64,000 bases of DNA from an uncultured Actinomycetes bacterium (lineage in GTDB: Bacteria > Actinomycetota > UBA4738 > HRBIN12), in NCBI GenBank assembly GCA_963831325.1, contig CAWHQA010000038.1:161978-225977 (forward strand), written 5' to 3'. Below, one piece after another: positions 50,344-60,565 of this stretch. The notes under the pieces are model-generated. The model was given only the letters and a program-made list of their open reading frames with translations. It was not told the DNA's origin and made no database searches. Position 1 is the first letter of the stretch. Every line of letters starts with the position of its first letter. Both the position numbers and the translations under genes were made by a program.

Positions 50344-51010
50344 GCGCACCACGGTGACGCTTCTGATCTGCGACGACCACAAGATCCTCACCGACGCCCT
50401 TGCAACGGTCGTGGGCCTCGACGAGAGCCTCGAGATGGTCGCCGACCCCGTGCACGAGGCCGAGAGCGCCATCGAGGTCTGCAGCGAGATGCTCCCCGAC
50501 GTCGTGCTGATGGACATCGTCTTCAAGGGCGGCGGGCTTTCCGGCATCGACGCGACCCGCAAGATCAAGGAAGTCTCGCCGAGTACCAAGGTCGTGATCA
50601 TGACGGCGCACGACGACGACCGACTACTCGTCGAAGCTGTGGAGGCTGGCGCGTCCGGCTTCCTGGGCAAGGACGAGGCGGCGCAGGAGCTGCTCTCGGC
50701 CGCCAAAGCCGCCGCCGACGGCGAGGTGCTGATCGACCCCGCGACGCTCACGCGCCTGCTCGCCCAGGTGGCGCGCGAACGCGAGATCCTGCGGGAAGCC
50801 ACGATGCTGCTCGACGACCTCACCGACCGCGAGCGAGAGATCCTGCAGCTGCTCGCCGAGGGCATGCGCAACGACGACATCGCGACGAAGCTGTTCATCA
50901 GCCCGCAGACGGTGCAGACGCACGTGCGGAACATCCTTGGGAAGCTGCGCGTGCACTCGAAGCTCGAGGCCGTGGCGTTCGCCGTGAAGCACGGCGCGAT
51001 CACCGTCTGA
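50336..51010 (+). CDS. NarL/LuxR family response regulator
   Basis: A receiver domain (LLICDDHKILTDAL...DVVLMDIVF) and a LuxR helix-turn-helix (LTDREREILQLLAEGMRNDDIATKLFISPQTVQTHVRNILGKL). The GTG start overlaps the kinase stop. Confidence 0.9.
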   Translation: MGERTTVTLLICDDHKILTDALATVVGLDESLEMVADPVHEAESAIEVCSEMLPDVVLMDIVFKGGGLSGIDATRKIKEVSPSTKVVIMTAHDDDRLLVEAVEAGASGFLGKDEAAQELLSAAKAAADGEVLIDPATLTRLLAQVAREREILREATMLLDDLTDREREILQLLAEGMRNDDIATKLFISPQTVQTHVRNILGKLRVHSKLEAVAFAVKHGAITV

Positions 51011-51168
51011 CCGCAAGCACCTGGTTCGCCGCCCGATCCAAGGCACTACCCGATCCTCGGTAGGCAGGATTACCGCGACGCGACCATCCAGCGGGGGACC
51101 CAACGGTCGATGATGAGGGCAGACACGGTGAGCCACCACCCCCTCGGTGGCCCGCCGCAACGAGCGAA

Positions 51169-51207
51169 GGGCCCGAGTCCACCCCTCCCGGACTCGGGCC
51201 CTTTTCC
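51169..51207 (+). terminator. Rho-independent terminator downstream of the response-regulator gene
   Basis: GGGCCCGAGTCC-acccctccc-GGACTCGGGCCC, a 12-bp perfect stem, followed by TTTTCC. It lies in the convergent gap between the response regulator (+) and menE (-). Confidence 0.5.
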
Positions 51208-51231
51208 ATGTGCCATGTGGGGCGGCGGGGC

Positions 51232-52434
51232 TCAGCGGTCGGGAAGCGCGCCGCGCCTGAGCTTGCCCGCCGGTGTGCGCGGCAGCTGGTGCACGAGCAC
51301 GACCTCACGGGGAGCCTTGTGGCGAGCGATGCGATCGCTCGCATGCCCCCGCAGCTCCTGCAGGCTCGGCGCGTCGTCGATCGAGCGCGGCACGACGAAC
51401 GCGACGACCTGTTGTCCCCACTCGGGATGCGTGCGGCCGGCCACCGCCACCTCGGCCACCTTGGGGTGCGACTCGAGCGCTCGCTCGACCTCGAGCGGCC
51501 AGACCGTTTCGGCGCCCGTCCGGATCGCGTCGTCCAGACGCCCATGCACCCGAAGCCGACCGTCGTCGTCGATCGCGCCAGCGTCTGCGGTGCGCAACCA
51601 CCCCCGCACGTCGAACGCGTCGCCCGTCGCGACCGGCTCGCCGCGGTAGCCCTGCATCAGGGTCGGCCCACGCAGCTCGATGCGCCCGGCCTCACCCAGC
51701 CTGACATCGGTGCCCTCGAACACCGTGCCGTCGTAGACGATGCCCCCGCACGATTCGGTGAGGCCGTAGGTCTCGACGATCGTCGCGCCCAGCGCCTCGG
51801 CTTCGGCACGCAGTCCGGGGTCGAGCGCACCGCCTCCGACGAGCACCACGCCGAGCCGATCAAGATCGGCTCGGTCGCGCACGAGCCGGGCCACCATCGC
51901 CGGCACGAGCGAGACCGCCGATCCGGTTGGCGCCTCCCGAGCGAGCCTGCCGGCGTCGAACCGCTCATGCACGACCACGGGCACCTGGTCGATCTCGCTG
52001 CGCACGAGCACGAGGAGACCGCCGATGTGCGCCGGCGTGAGGCAGCTCACGAGTCCTCTGCTCACGTCGTGACCGGTCGCCTCGAGTGCTGAGCGCGAGC
52101 CGACGACCGCGGCGAGGATCGCGTCGCGAGAGAGCTCCACCAACCGGGGGGCGCCGCCTGTGCCGGACGTCGCCATCACGATCGCAACATCGTCGTCGAC
52201 GGGCTTGGCGCCCGCGTACACGGTGGCGCCTCCGCCAGCGCCGAGCACGGCGGCCGGGCGGGCCACGTCGAGCAGGCGGCGGCGCTCCGACTCGGGTAGG
52301 CGCTCGTCGAGCGGCATGAAGGCGACGCGTTCGCTCCAGAGCCGGTGCAGCAGCGGCACCCATGCCGAGCCTGCCGGCACATCGACCGCGAGCAGCTCTC
52401 CGGGCGCAGCCGGGAGCGATCCCCTGGGCCCCAT
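51232..52434 (-). CDS. menE: O-succinylbenzoate-CoA ligase-like short AMP-binding enzyme
   Basis: AMP-binding motifs (MATSGTGGAPRLV, ...TYGLTESCGG, ...PRTPAGKLRR). The protein is 400 aa and lies adjacent to menB/menA/menD. Confidence 0.7.
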   Translation of the reverse strand: MGPRGSLPAAPGELLAVDVPAGSAWVPLLHRLWSERVAFMPLDERLPESERRRLLDVARPAAVLGAGGGATVYAGAKPVDDDVAIVMATSGTGGAPRLVELSRDAILAAVVGSRSALEATGHDVSRGLVSCLTPAHIGGLLVLVRSEIDQVPVVVHERFDAGRLAREAPTGSAVSLVPAMVARLVRDRADLDRLGVVLVGGGALDPGLRAEAEALGATIVETYGLTESCGGIVYDGTVFEGTDVRLGEAGRIELRGPTLMQGYRGEPVATGDAFDVRGWLRTADAGAIDDDGRLRVHGRLDDAIRTGAETVWPLEVERALESHPKVAEVAVAGRTHPEWGQQVVAFVVPRSIDDAPSLQELRGHASDRIARHKAPREVVLVHQLPRTPAGKLRRGALPDR

Positions 52435-52456
52435 GCCCGGACACCCTACCGGCGGG

Positions 52457-53968
52457 TCAGCTCCTCACGACGAAGTCGACCGAGGCGATCTCTCGGTAGA
52501 CATCGGTGAGCAGGTAGAACGCGGTGTAGCGCCCGGGCGGAAGCGGAACCCGCACGTCGAACGCCACCGTGCCCTCGACGGCTGCTCGCGTGTAGCGATA
52601 GGCGATGTAGTAGTCGACGAGTGGATCGGCGCCGCGCTCGTACAGCCCGATCCAATCGAATCGGTTCGCGGGCGCCCCGGTGAACGAGATCTCGATCGGC
52701 TCGCCGACGTCGTAACGGGAGGCCGAGTCGAGCACGGGCGGCGCGTCGACCTCGCGCACCCAGAATGGGCTGCGGGCGAGCTCGGCGTCGGCCCCGTCGA
52801 TCAACACGACGTCGTAGGCACCGGCGGCGAGTGAACCGGTGGCGAACGTCGCGACGCCGTCGATGAGGGCGCCCGGCGGGGTGCCCTGCGAGTCGATCAC
52901 GTCGGTCACCGGGTCGCCGCCCCTCGGCACGATGCGCACCCGCTCTCCCGCACCTCCCGGCGCGTGGTACGTCACATCGAGCGGGCGGCCGATCTCGACC
53001 AGCAACGGAGCAGGCGAGACCATGACGGGCGGTGTTCCAGGCGCCACGTCGAACGTCGAGATCACGGCGCGGTGATCGGATCCCCATGGCGTGACCGAGA
53101 TCCCGACCTCCGGGCCATCGCGCTCTCCGACGAGCTCGCTCGAGACCGCCGTCGCGGTGCCCGCCGACCAGATCTGGTCGATGCGGTCTTCGGGGGCGTC
53201 ACGGCGCGGGTTCCAACTCGTGTCGGAGCGCGGACGAGCGGCAGGCCAGGTGAGTCCCTCGTCGGCCACGGGATCGGGGTGCACGACGCGCCACGAGTCG
53301 GTGAAGCCCTTTCGAGACATGAGCTTCGTGACGGGCCACACCACGGGGAAACGAACCTGCGGACGGAGCCCCACCGCGGCTCGCGTCCAGTCCTCGTGCG
53401 AGGGCGAGTTGAAGTCGCCCACCACGAACGTCGGGATGCCCGCGTCGTCGAGTCCGGCCGTTGCTCGCACGAACGGCCGCAGGTCGGGAACGCGCACCGC
53501 CCGCTCGGTGCGGAGCACCTTCCTCTTGCTCCAGCCGTCGAGCAGGCGGCGCGGTCCGTAGTCGCTCGAAGCCAGGTGCACGTTGGTGAGTGCGACGACG
53601 TTGCCGGGAGCGAGCTGCACGAACACGTACCGCCCGCCTGACCCGGGCGCGTCGACGATCGGGTAGCGCGAGACGACGTCGAGGCGGCGGCTCACGTAGC
53701 CGTAGCCGGTGAGGCGCCCGAGCCGCGCGACCTTGCCGTAGGACTCGTTGAAGGCCACCACATCGGCATCGGCGCGGCGGACCGCTGCAAGGACCTTGTC
53801 GAGGTCGACGACCGTGCCGCCGTACTCGATGTTGAACGTCATGATGCTGATGCTCGGCGGCACGACGACCCCCGCGAGCGCCGGGGCGGGCCCGATGGGC
53901 GCAAGCAGGGCGAGCGCGGTCGCGAGAACGACCGTCGTGTGCCACCGGACGCGTCGCTTCGCACGCAC
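52457..53968 (-). CDS. Secreted endonuclease/exonuclease/phosphatase (EEP) family protein with C-terminal extra domains
   Basis: A signal peptide (VVLATALALLAPIGPAPALA). An EEP core (ISIMTFNIEYGG, ...VVGDFNSPSHEDW, ...GSDHRAVISTF). Then an extension of about 200 aa. Confidence 0.7.
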   Translation of the reverse strand: MRAKRRVRWHTTVVLATALALLAPIGPAPALAGVVVPPSISIMTFNIEYGGTVVDLDKVLAAVRRADADVVAFNESYGKVARLGRLTGYGYVSRRLDVVSRYPIVDAPGSGGRYVFVQLAPGNVVALTNVHLASSDYGPRRLLDGWSKRKVLRTERAVRVPDLRPFVRATAGLDDAGIPTFVVGDFNSPSHEDWTRAAVGLRPQVRFPVVWPVTKLMSRKGFTDSWRVVHPDPVADEGLTWPAARPRSDTSWNPRRDAPEDRIDQIWSAGTATAVSSELVGERDGPEVGISVTPWGSDHRAVISTFDVAPGTPPVMVSPAPLLVEIGRPLDVTYHAPGGAGERVRIVPRGGDPVTDVIDSQGTPPGALIDGVATFATGSLAAGAYDVVLIDGADAELARSPFWVREVDAPPVLDSASRYDVGEPIEISFTGAPANRFDWIGLYERGADPLVDYYIAYRYTRAAVEGTVAFDVRVPLPPGRYTAFYLLTDVYREIASVDFVVRS

Positions 53969-54018
53969 GGCTCGGAACCTAGCACCACGCCCGTCCGGTC
54001 CGATAGCCTCGCGGTCAG

Positions 54019-54873
54019 ATGAGCGATGCCACCGACCCCGAACGCACGATCGAACCCGCCGCCGAGTGGGTCGCCGACGGCGACTGGCAGGACATCAGGT
54101 ACGAGACGGCCGAGGGCATCGCGAAGATCACGATCGATCGCCCCGAGGTGCGCAACGCCTTCCGCCCTCTGACGACCGCGGAGCTCATCAGGGCGTTCGA
54201 CACCGCGCGCGACGACGCGACGATCGGCGTCGTCGTGCTTACCGGGCAAGGCTCGCTCGCGTTCTGCTCGGGCGGCGATCAGAAGATCCGCGGCGACGAC
54301 GGATACGTCGACGAACAGGGCATCGGCCGTCTCAACGTGCTCGATCTGCAGATACAGATCCGCCGCATGCCGAAGCCCGTGGTCGCGATGGTGGCGGGCT
54401 ACGCGATCGGCGGCGGCCACGTGCTGCATCTCTGCTGCGACCTGACGATCGCCGCCGACAACGCGCGCTTCGGCCAGACCGGCCCTCGCGTGGGGTCGTT
54501 CGACGGCGGCTACGGCATCAACCTGCTCGCCCGCCAGATCGGCGAGAAGCGCGCCAAGGAAGTCTGGTTCCTCTGCCGCCAGTACGACGCGGCGACCGCG
54601 CTCGACTGGGGACTCGCGAACGCGGTCGTGCCGGTGGAGGACCTCGAGCGCACGACCGTGGAATGGTGCCGCGAGATGCTCGCCTACTCGCCGCTCGCCC
54701 TGCGTCTGCTGAAGGCCGGATCCAACGCGGGCACCGAGGGCCTGGCCGGCGTGCAGCAGCTCGCCGGCGACGCCACGCTCCTCTATTACATGAGTGAGGA
54801 AGCGCAGGAAGGTCGCGACGCCTTCCAGCAGAAGCGCGCCCCCGACTTCTCGCGGTTCCCCAAGCGCCCGTGA
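54019..54873 (+). CDS. menB: 1,4-dihydroxy-2-naphthoyl-CoA synthase
   Basis: The crotonase fold with MenB-specific blocks ([64 protein letters not shown]). Confidence 0.9.
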   Translation: MSDATDPERTIEPAAEWVADGDWQDIRYETAEGIAKITIDRPEVRNAFRPLTTAELIRAFDTARDDATIGVVVLTGQGSLAFCSGGDQKIRGDDGYVDEQGIGRLNVLDLQIQIRRMPKPVVAMVAGYAIGGGHVLHLCCDLTIAADNARFGQTGPRVGSFDGGYGINLLARQIGEKRAKEVWFLCRQYDAATALDWGLANAVVPVEDLERTTVEWCREMLAYSPLALRLLKAGSNAGTEGLAGVQQLAGDATLLYYMSEEAQEGRDAFQQKRAPDFSRFPKRP

Positions 54874-55856
54874 GCGCGGCGGCCTCGGTGGAAGAACGTC
54901 CGGGTGCGGTCGCGATCTGGTGGCGAGGCGCCCGCCCGCGCACCCTCGGCGCCGGCCTCGTGCCGGTCGTACTCGGCACCGCGGCGGCCGGTGAGGTCAT
55001 CTGGTGGCGCCTCGCAGCCGCGCTCGTCGTCGGCGCCGGGCTCCAGGTCGGCGTGAACTACGCGAACGACTACTTCGACGGCGTGCGCGGGGTCGACACC
55101 CGCGAGCGCCTCGGACCTCCTCGGCTCACGGCGAGCGGTGCCGCCTCACCGCGCGCCGTGCTCACGGCGGCGCTCGTCGCGCTCGTCGCCGCTGCGGTCG
55201 CTGGGCTCGCCTTGGCGCTCGCCACCGAGCCCGTGCTGATCCTGTTCGTCGGCGCGCTTGCTCTCGTGGCCGCCGTGCTCTACAGCGGCGGACCCCGCCC
55301 CTACGCGGGACTCGGCCTCGGTGAGCTCATGGTCTTCGTCTTCTTCGGGCTGATGGCCACGGCCGGCACCGCGTTCGTGATGGTCGAGACCGTGCCCGCC
55401 TCGGCGTGGTGGGGCGGCGCGGCGCTCGGCTTCCTGGCCGTGGCGATCTTGGTTGCCAACAACCTTCGAGACATCGCGACCGACGAGGCGAGCGGCAAGC
55501 GCACGCTCGCGGTGCGCCTCGGCGACCGCCCGACGCGGCGCCTATACAGGGCGACGGTCGTCGCCGCGTTCGCCACAATCGCCCTCGGCGTGATCGTCGA
55601 CATCGCGGTCGAGGGCGCGGGGCTTCCGCAGTGGGCGCTGTTCGGGCTCGGCGCATGGGTGCTCGCGATCCGCCCCATGGAAGCCGTGGGAACCGCGACG
55701 GGGCGCGACCTCATCCCGGTACTGACGGGCACCGCTGCGACCCACGCCGCCTGCGGCCTGCTCATGGCACTCGGCCTCGTGCTTGGCGCGGTCGATCAGT
55801 CGGAGCTTAGGCCCGGCGAAAGCTTCCCAGTCGCGATCGTGGTTCACGCCGCCTGA
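54870..55856 (+). CDS. menA: 1,4-dihydroxy-2-naphthoate polyprenyltransferase (UbiA family)
   Basis: UbiA-family Asp-rich motif [11 protein letters not shown] and multiple TM helices. The GTG start overlaps the menB stop as GTGA. Confidence 0.85.
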   Translation: MSAAASVEERPGAVAIWWRGARPRTLGAGLVPVVLGTAAAGEVIWWRLAAALVVGAGLQVGVNYANDYFDGVRGVDTRERLGPPRLTASGAASPRAVLTAALVALVAAAVAGLALALATEPVLILFVGALALVAAVLYSGGPRPYAGLGLGELMVFVFFGLMATAGTAFVMVETVPASAWWGGAALGFLAVAILVANNLRDIATDEASGKRTLAVRLGDRPTRRLYRATVVAAFATIALGVIVDIAVEGAGLPQWALFGLGAWVLAIRPMEAVGTATGRDLIPVLTGTAATHAACGLLMALGLVLGAVDQSELRPGESFPVAIVVHAA

Positions 55857-57667
55857 TGGGGATCGCCGAGCTTAACCTCGAGTGCGCATGGGCGCTGGTC
55901 GACGGGCTTGTCGCCGGCGGGGTTCGACACGCGTGCCTGTCGCCCGGCTCGAGGTCGACGTCGCTCGCACTCGCGCTCGCGCGCCACCCCGAAGTCGAGC
56001 TGCACGTGCACTTGGACGAGCGTTCGAGCGCGTTCTTCGCGGTCGGACTCTCGCGCGCGACGCGTACCCCGGTCGCGATCGCGTGCACGAGCGGCACCGC
56101 CGCCGCGGAGTTCCTGCCCGCCGTGGTCGAGGCCTCGCAGTCGCGGATGCCGCTCGTGGTGCTGACGGCCGACCGGCCTCCTCGCCTTCGAGGCACCGGG
56201 GCGAACCAGACGATCGACCAGGTCGGCCTCTACGGCTCGTACGTGCGCGGGGTGCTGGACCTTCCCGTTCCAGAGACCACGGGTCAGGACGCGTGGTGGC
56301 GCCAAGCCGCCCGCGAGGCCCTCGAGGCCACCCGCTCGGACCCCGTCGGCCCCGTGCACGTGAACTGCCCCTTCGAGGAACCGCTGAGCCCATCGCCCGA
56401 CGTCGTGCTGCCGGCGCCCACCGGCGAGCAACTCAATCTCTCGACGCGCCCCGAGGCCGAGCTCACCGAAGAGGAAGCCGACCGGCTCGCCGCGATGGTC
56501 TCCGGCGCACGCGGCGCCGTAGTGATCGGTGGCTGGCCGGGCGACCTCTCGGGCGAAGCCAGGTACTGGTCGCAGACGCTCGGCTGGCCGGTGATCGCCG
56601 AGCCCGGCTCGACCGCACGCCAACCCGGCATGTCACTGGCCGCCGGGCAAGCGCTGATCGGCGACACGGTTTGGATAGAGCAACACATACCGCAGGTCGT
56701 GATCCAGCTCGGAGCCGCGCCCACGAGCCGCGCGACCCAAGCGTTCGTGGCTTCCGCGGAGCGGCTCGTGGTCGCCGACCGATGGCACCTCGACGCCGAT
56801 CCTGAACGGCAGGCGAGCTGGCGTCTCGCCGTCGACGCCGATGCCCTCGAGAACGCACTCGCCGGTCGTCCGATCGACCAGCAAGGGGCGATCGCATTCT
56901 CCGGGGCGCTCCCTCCCGCCGGTGACGCAGCCGACCTGTTGGCGCGTCCCCTGCACCGAGCGCCGACCGAATGGAGCGAGACCTGGCGAGACGCCGACGA
57001 CCGCGCTCGAGCTGCGCTCGACAACTACCTCGACGGAGTGGACGAGCCGTTCGAGCCGCGGATCGCGCGCGACGTAGCCGCATGGATCCCCGACGGGGGA
57101 ACGTTGTTCGTCGGCAACTCCACCCCGATCCGCGATCTCGACCTCGCGATGGCGCCGCGCAGCGGATCGCGCGTGCTCGGCAACCGAGGCGCGAGCGGCA
57201 TCGACGGCCTCGTCTCGACGGCGCTCGGCGTGGCAGCGAGCGGACGGCGCAGCGGTCCCGCCGAGTGGCAGGAGGACCAGCCCGTCGTGGCGCTGATCGG
57301 CGATCTCTCGTTCCTGCACGACTTCGGCGCGGTCGCTTGGAACGCCCGGCGAGGCATCGACCTCACCATCGTCGTCATCAGCAACGGCGGCGGCGAGATC
57401 TTCTCGCTGCTTCCCCAGCGATCGCTGCCCGAGCACCGCGACCTCTTCGTCACGCCGCACGGCATCGACATCGGTGAGCTCTCGCGTGCGGCCGGCTCGA
57501 GTCACACGCTGGTCGAGCGTGCCTCCGAGCTCTCGCCGGCACTCGCCTCGGAGATGGCGGGACATGGCCTGCACGTCGTGGAAGTCGCGGTGAACGCGGA
57601 GCGATCGCTCGCCCTTCGGGCCGAGATGAGCAGAACGATCTCGGCAGATCTCGGCGCAGCCGAGTAG
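55856..57667 (+). CDS. menD: 2-succinyl-5-enolpyruvyl-6-hydroxy-3-cyclohexene-1-carboxylate synthase (ThDP-dependent)
   Basis: A MenD N-terminus (WALVDGLVAGGVRHACLSPGSRSTSLALALA), ThDP-binding motif GDLSFLHD...N, and a length of 603 aa. Confidence 0.9.
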   Translation: MGIAELNLECAWALVDGLVAGGVRHACLSPGSRSTSLALALARHPEVELHVHLDERSSAFFAVGLSRATRTPVAIACTSGTAAAEFLPAVVEASQSRMPLVVLTADRPPRLRGTGANQTIDQVGLYGSYVRGVLDLPVPETTGQDAWWRQAAREALEATRSDPVGPVHVNCPFEEPLSPSPDVVLPAPTGEQLNLSTRPEAELTEEEADRLAAMVSGARGAVVIGGWPGDLSGEARYWSQTLGWPVIAEPGSTARQPGMSLAAGQALIGDTVWIEQHIPQVVIQLGAAPTSRATQAFVASAERLVVADRWHLDADPERQASWRLAVDADALENALAGRPIDQQGAIAFSGALPPAGDAADLLARPLHRAPTEWSETWRDADDRARAALDNYLDGVDEPFEPRIARDVAAWIPDGGTLFVGNSTPIRDLDLAMAPRSGSRVLGNRGASGIDGLVSTALGVAASGRRSGPAEWQEDQPVVALIGDLSFLHDFGAVAWNARRGIDLTIVVISNGGGEIFSLLPQRSLPEHRDLFVTPHGIDIGELSRAAGSSHTLVERASELSPALASEMAGHGLHVVEVAVNAERSLALRAEMSRTISADLGAAE

Positions 57668-58053
57668 GGCTTCACCGAGAGCGAGGACTCCGGCGGTGGC
57701 CTCCGGGGAATTGGCAATAGGCTGGCCCGCCGTGACCACATCCGACGAAGCCATCGCAGCGCTCGAGCAAGCGTTCGCGGACGTGCCGCGCCCGCCCGAC
57801 GCACACGGATCGCGATGCGGCGTTGGTCGTATCCCTGTTCCAACTGCTCTGACTGGCGTTCGCGCTGCTCGCCGCCGGATCAGCTGAAAGAACGGAGAGT
57901 CTCCTCGTTCGATGCCGAGCACTACAGCGGCTGGGCGTCGGAACCACCACTTTCTAGTCTGCGTCAGACTACCTGACCCTGCGAACGCGCGGAGCTTGTC
58001 ACGTCGTCCCCTACGATGCGCGGGTTCCCGCCCGGACCTGACTGGAGGCCAAC

Positions 58054-58653
58054 GTGTCGCATCGAACACTTCGAATGATCGACGTCGTGCTCGTCTGTTG
58101 GTTGCTGCTCTGGTGCGCGATCGGGTACGCGGTAGGTCACGCGGTGAACGGCCTCGCGGGGCTGAGCGACGGGGTGATCGGCGCCGGTGAAGGTGTTTCC
58201 GACGCGGCCGGCGCGCTCACCGACCTCGTCGACGTGCCGCTGGTCGGTGGAAGCGTCGAGGCGATCGCCGACCGGATCGACGCGCTCGGCCGGGGCACGG
58301 TGCAGAAGGCAGAGGCGAGCAAGGATGTGATCTTCAACGTCTCGCTGCTGCTGGGACTGTTGATCGCGCTTGCACCCTCAGTGCCTCCGATCGCCGTGTG
58401 GCTCGTGATCCGCTCGCCGCTCGCGCGCGACCGGCGTCGTATCGGCAGGTCACTCGATGCCGACGAGGCCGGGCTCGAGGGGTATCTCGCGCTTCGGGCT
58501 GCCACGCGATTCTCGTACGCGCGCATCTCGTCGGTCACGACCGACCCGTGGGGTGATCTGCAGGCCGGGCGGCATTCCGCGCTCGCAGCGATCGAGCTCG
58601 GCCGCCTGGGACTCACGCGGCGGGCGGCGCGGGCGAGCCTTCCACCACGCTGA
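58054..58653 (+). CDS. Hypothetical membrane protein
   Basis: A 199 aa ORF with two hydrophobic helices (IDVVLVCWLLLWCAIGYAVG; VSLLLGLLIALAPSVPPIAVWLVI). I recognise no other motifs. Confidence 0.45.
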   Translation: MSHRTLRMIDVVLVCWLLLWCAIGYAVGHAVNGLAGLSDGVIGAGEGVSDAAGALTDLVDVPLVGGSVEAIADRIDALGRGTVQKAEASKDVIFNVSLLLGLLIALAPSVPPIAVWLVIRSPLARDRRRIGRSLDADEAGLEGYLALRAATRFSYARISSVTTDPWGDLQAGRHSALAAIELGRLGLTRRAARASLPPR

Positions 58654-58661
58654 AGCGGGTC

Positions 58662-59882
58662 TCAGCCCCAGCGCAGGGAGTCGAGGAATGCTCGGAACTT
58701 GCGCTCCGTCTCGTCGACCTCTGCGGCGGGATCGGACCCGGCCACGATGCCGGCCCCCGCGTAGAGGGTGGCCCGGTTGGACTCGAGCAGCGCGCATCGC
58801 AGGGCGATCGCCCAGTCGCCGTCGCCGTTGGCGTCGACCCATCCAACGGGACCTGCGTATGCGCCGCGATCGAACGGTTCCAATTCGGCGATCGTCGATG
58901 CTGCGGCCGGCGGCGGTGTTCCGCAGACCGCCGGGGTCGGGTGCAGCTCGGCCACGATTTCGAGGGCACTCACGCCGGGATCTCGGAGCGTTCCCTCGAA
59001 ACGGGTCGCCAGGTGCCACACGTTCGCGGTCGGCTCGAGTGCGGGCTCGGTATCGAAGGTGAGGTCGTCGCAGAACTTGCCGAGCACCTCGGCGACGGCG
59101 TCGACCACGATCGCGTGCTCTTCGCGGTTCTTCGCCGACGCAGCGAGCCCTTCGGCGTTGGCAGCGTCCTCGTCGGGGTCGCCGGCGCGTGGCGCGGTGC
59201 CTGCGAGCGGCGTCGATCGCACCCGGTCGCCGCGACGCGAGAGGAGGAGCTCGGGGCTCGCGCCCACCAAGACGCCGAGCGTGGTGGGCGCCGCGAACGT
59301 GAAGCAGTGGGGCTCCACCGCCCGCAAGCGGTGCAGCAGCCGTCGCGCATCGAGGACGCGTCCGGCGTCGACGCGCAACGTGCGCGCCAGCACGACCTTC
59401 GCGAGCTCGTCGCGCGAGATCGACGCAACTGCCTCGGCGACCCTGGCCGCGTACACCTCGGCCGACGGTTCCTCTGAGAGCTGCATCGCACGGAAGGCCT
59501 CGTGTGGCAGGTCGCCGATCACGCGCTCGGGACTGAACGGCGGCTGCTCGGCGTCGCCGGCGAGGTCAAGCAGCCAGGTTTCCCCGGCGCCGGCACGATG
59601 CACAGCTAGCGCGGGCACCCACAGCGACGCGTCGGCGCCGTCGAACGGCAAGACCCCAATGGCGAGCGGCGCGACACCGCCGCCGTGCAGCTCGCGCAGC
59701 GCCTTCGAGGTCGCGGCCGCCAGCGCTCGGAGATCGGGCTCAGGTCCGATGTGCAGTCCGCCGTGTACCGACGACGCCGAGACGCCGAGGCCTTCACGCT
59801 CGAAGTGGAACCCGTCGGGCGCCTCGTAGGCCGCCAGTAGGTCGAACGCCGACCCCAGCGGAGTCGCGGTGACGGGAGTCAC
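58662..59882 (-). CDS. menF: Isochorismate synthase (menaquinone-specific)
   Basis: Chorismate-binding-enzyme C-terminal motifs (PTPAVCGTPP, FDRGAYAGPVGWVDANGDGDWAIALRCAL, YAGAGIVAGSDPAAE). Confidence 0.85.
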   Translation of the reverse strand: MTPVTATPLGSAFDLLAAYEAPDGFHFEREGLGVSASSVHGGLHIGPEPDLRALAAATSKALRELHGGGVAPLAIGVLPFDGADASLWVPALAVHRAGAGETWLLDLAGDAEQPPFSPERVIGDLPHEAFRAMQLSEEPSAEVYAARVAEAVASISRDELAKVVLARTLRVDAGRVLDARRLLHRLRAVEPHCFTFAAPTTLGVLVGASPELLLSRRGDRVRSTPLAGTAPRAGDPDEDAANAEGLAASAKNREEHAIVVDAVAEVLGKFCDDLTFDTEPALEPTANVWHLATRFEGTLRDPGVSALEIVAELHPTPAVCGTPPPAAASTIAELEPFDRGAYAGPVGWVDANGDGDWAIALRCALLESNRATLYAGAGIVAGSDPAAEVDETERKFRAFLDSLRWG

Positions 59883-60565
59883 TCGCGTGTGCCCACCAGC
59901 AGTTGCGTGAGGCCGCCGGAGAGCTGGCGACGTTCGGCGTCGGGGAAGCCGGCCACCTCGAGCATCGAGACCATCTCGGCGGCCGGCGGCAGGTAAGCCA
60001 TCGACCTCGGCAGGTAGGAGTAGGCGGCCGTGTCCGAGAGAGCACCGCCAATCATCGGCACGATGCGGTTGAAGTACAGGCCGTGACCGGCTCGCAGCAC
60101 GCGGTTATCGGGCTCGCTCGCGTCGAGCAGCGCGATGCGTCCACCGGGGCGCACGACACGCCCGAGCTCGGTGAAGAGCGCCTGGAGCGAGACGACGTTG
60201 CGCAATGCGAACCCGCACGTTACCCCGTCGGCCGCGCCATCGGCGAGCGGCAGCCGCACGATGTCGGCCTCGACGAGCGGCGAGTCGGTGCGGGCGTTCA
60301 GCAGCATGCCGTGGCTGAAGTCGAAGCCGACCGCGCGATAGCCCCGTCGTTCCAGCTCGCGACAGAGGTCGCCGGTGCCGCACGCCAGGTCGGCCACGAG
60401 CGAGCGGCCCGCGAGCCGCAGCGACGCGACCGCTGTGCGTCGCCAGCCGACGTCCATGCCGAACGTCATCACGCGGTTCACGAGGTCGTATCTGGGCGAG
60501 ATCGTGTCGAAGAGCCGGCGGACCGCGAGGCGCTTCTCGTCCCCCTGGGGGAGCTGCGCGCTCAC
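59879..60565 (-). CDS. menG: Demethylmenaquinone methyltransferase (UbiE/MenG family)
   Basis: YDLVNRVMTFGMDVGWRR and the SAM motif DLACGTGD. Its stop overlaps the menF start. Confidence 0.9.
   Translation of the reverse strand: MSAQLPQGDEKRLAVRRLFDTISPRYDLVNRVMTFGMDVGWRRTAVASLRLAGRSLVADLACGTGDLCRELERRGYRAVGFDFSHGMLLNARTDSPLVEADIVRLPLADGAADGVTCGFALRNVVSLQALFTELGRVVRPGGRIALLDASEPDNRVLRAGHGLYFNRIVPMIGGALSDTAAYSYLPRSMAYLPPAAEMVSMLEVAGFPDAERRQLSGGLTQLLVGTRE

Noticed and set aside
57696-57887. 63-aa ORF in the menD / membrane-protein gap
   Set aside because: It has no ribosome-binding site or conserved motif, it lies in a GC-rich non-coding region with hairpins, and it is likely spurious.
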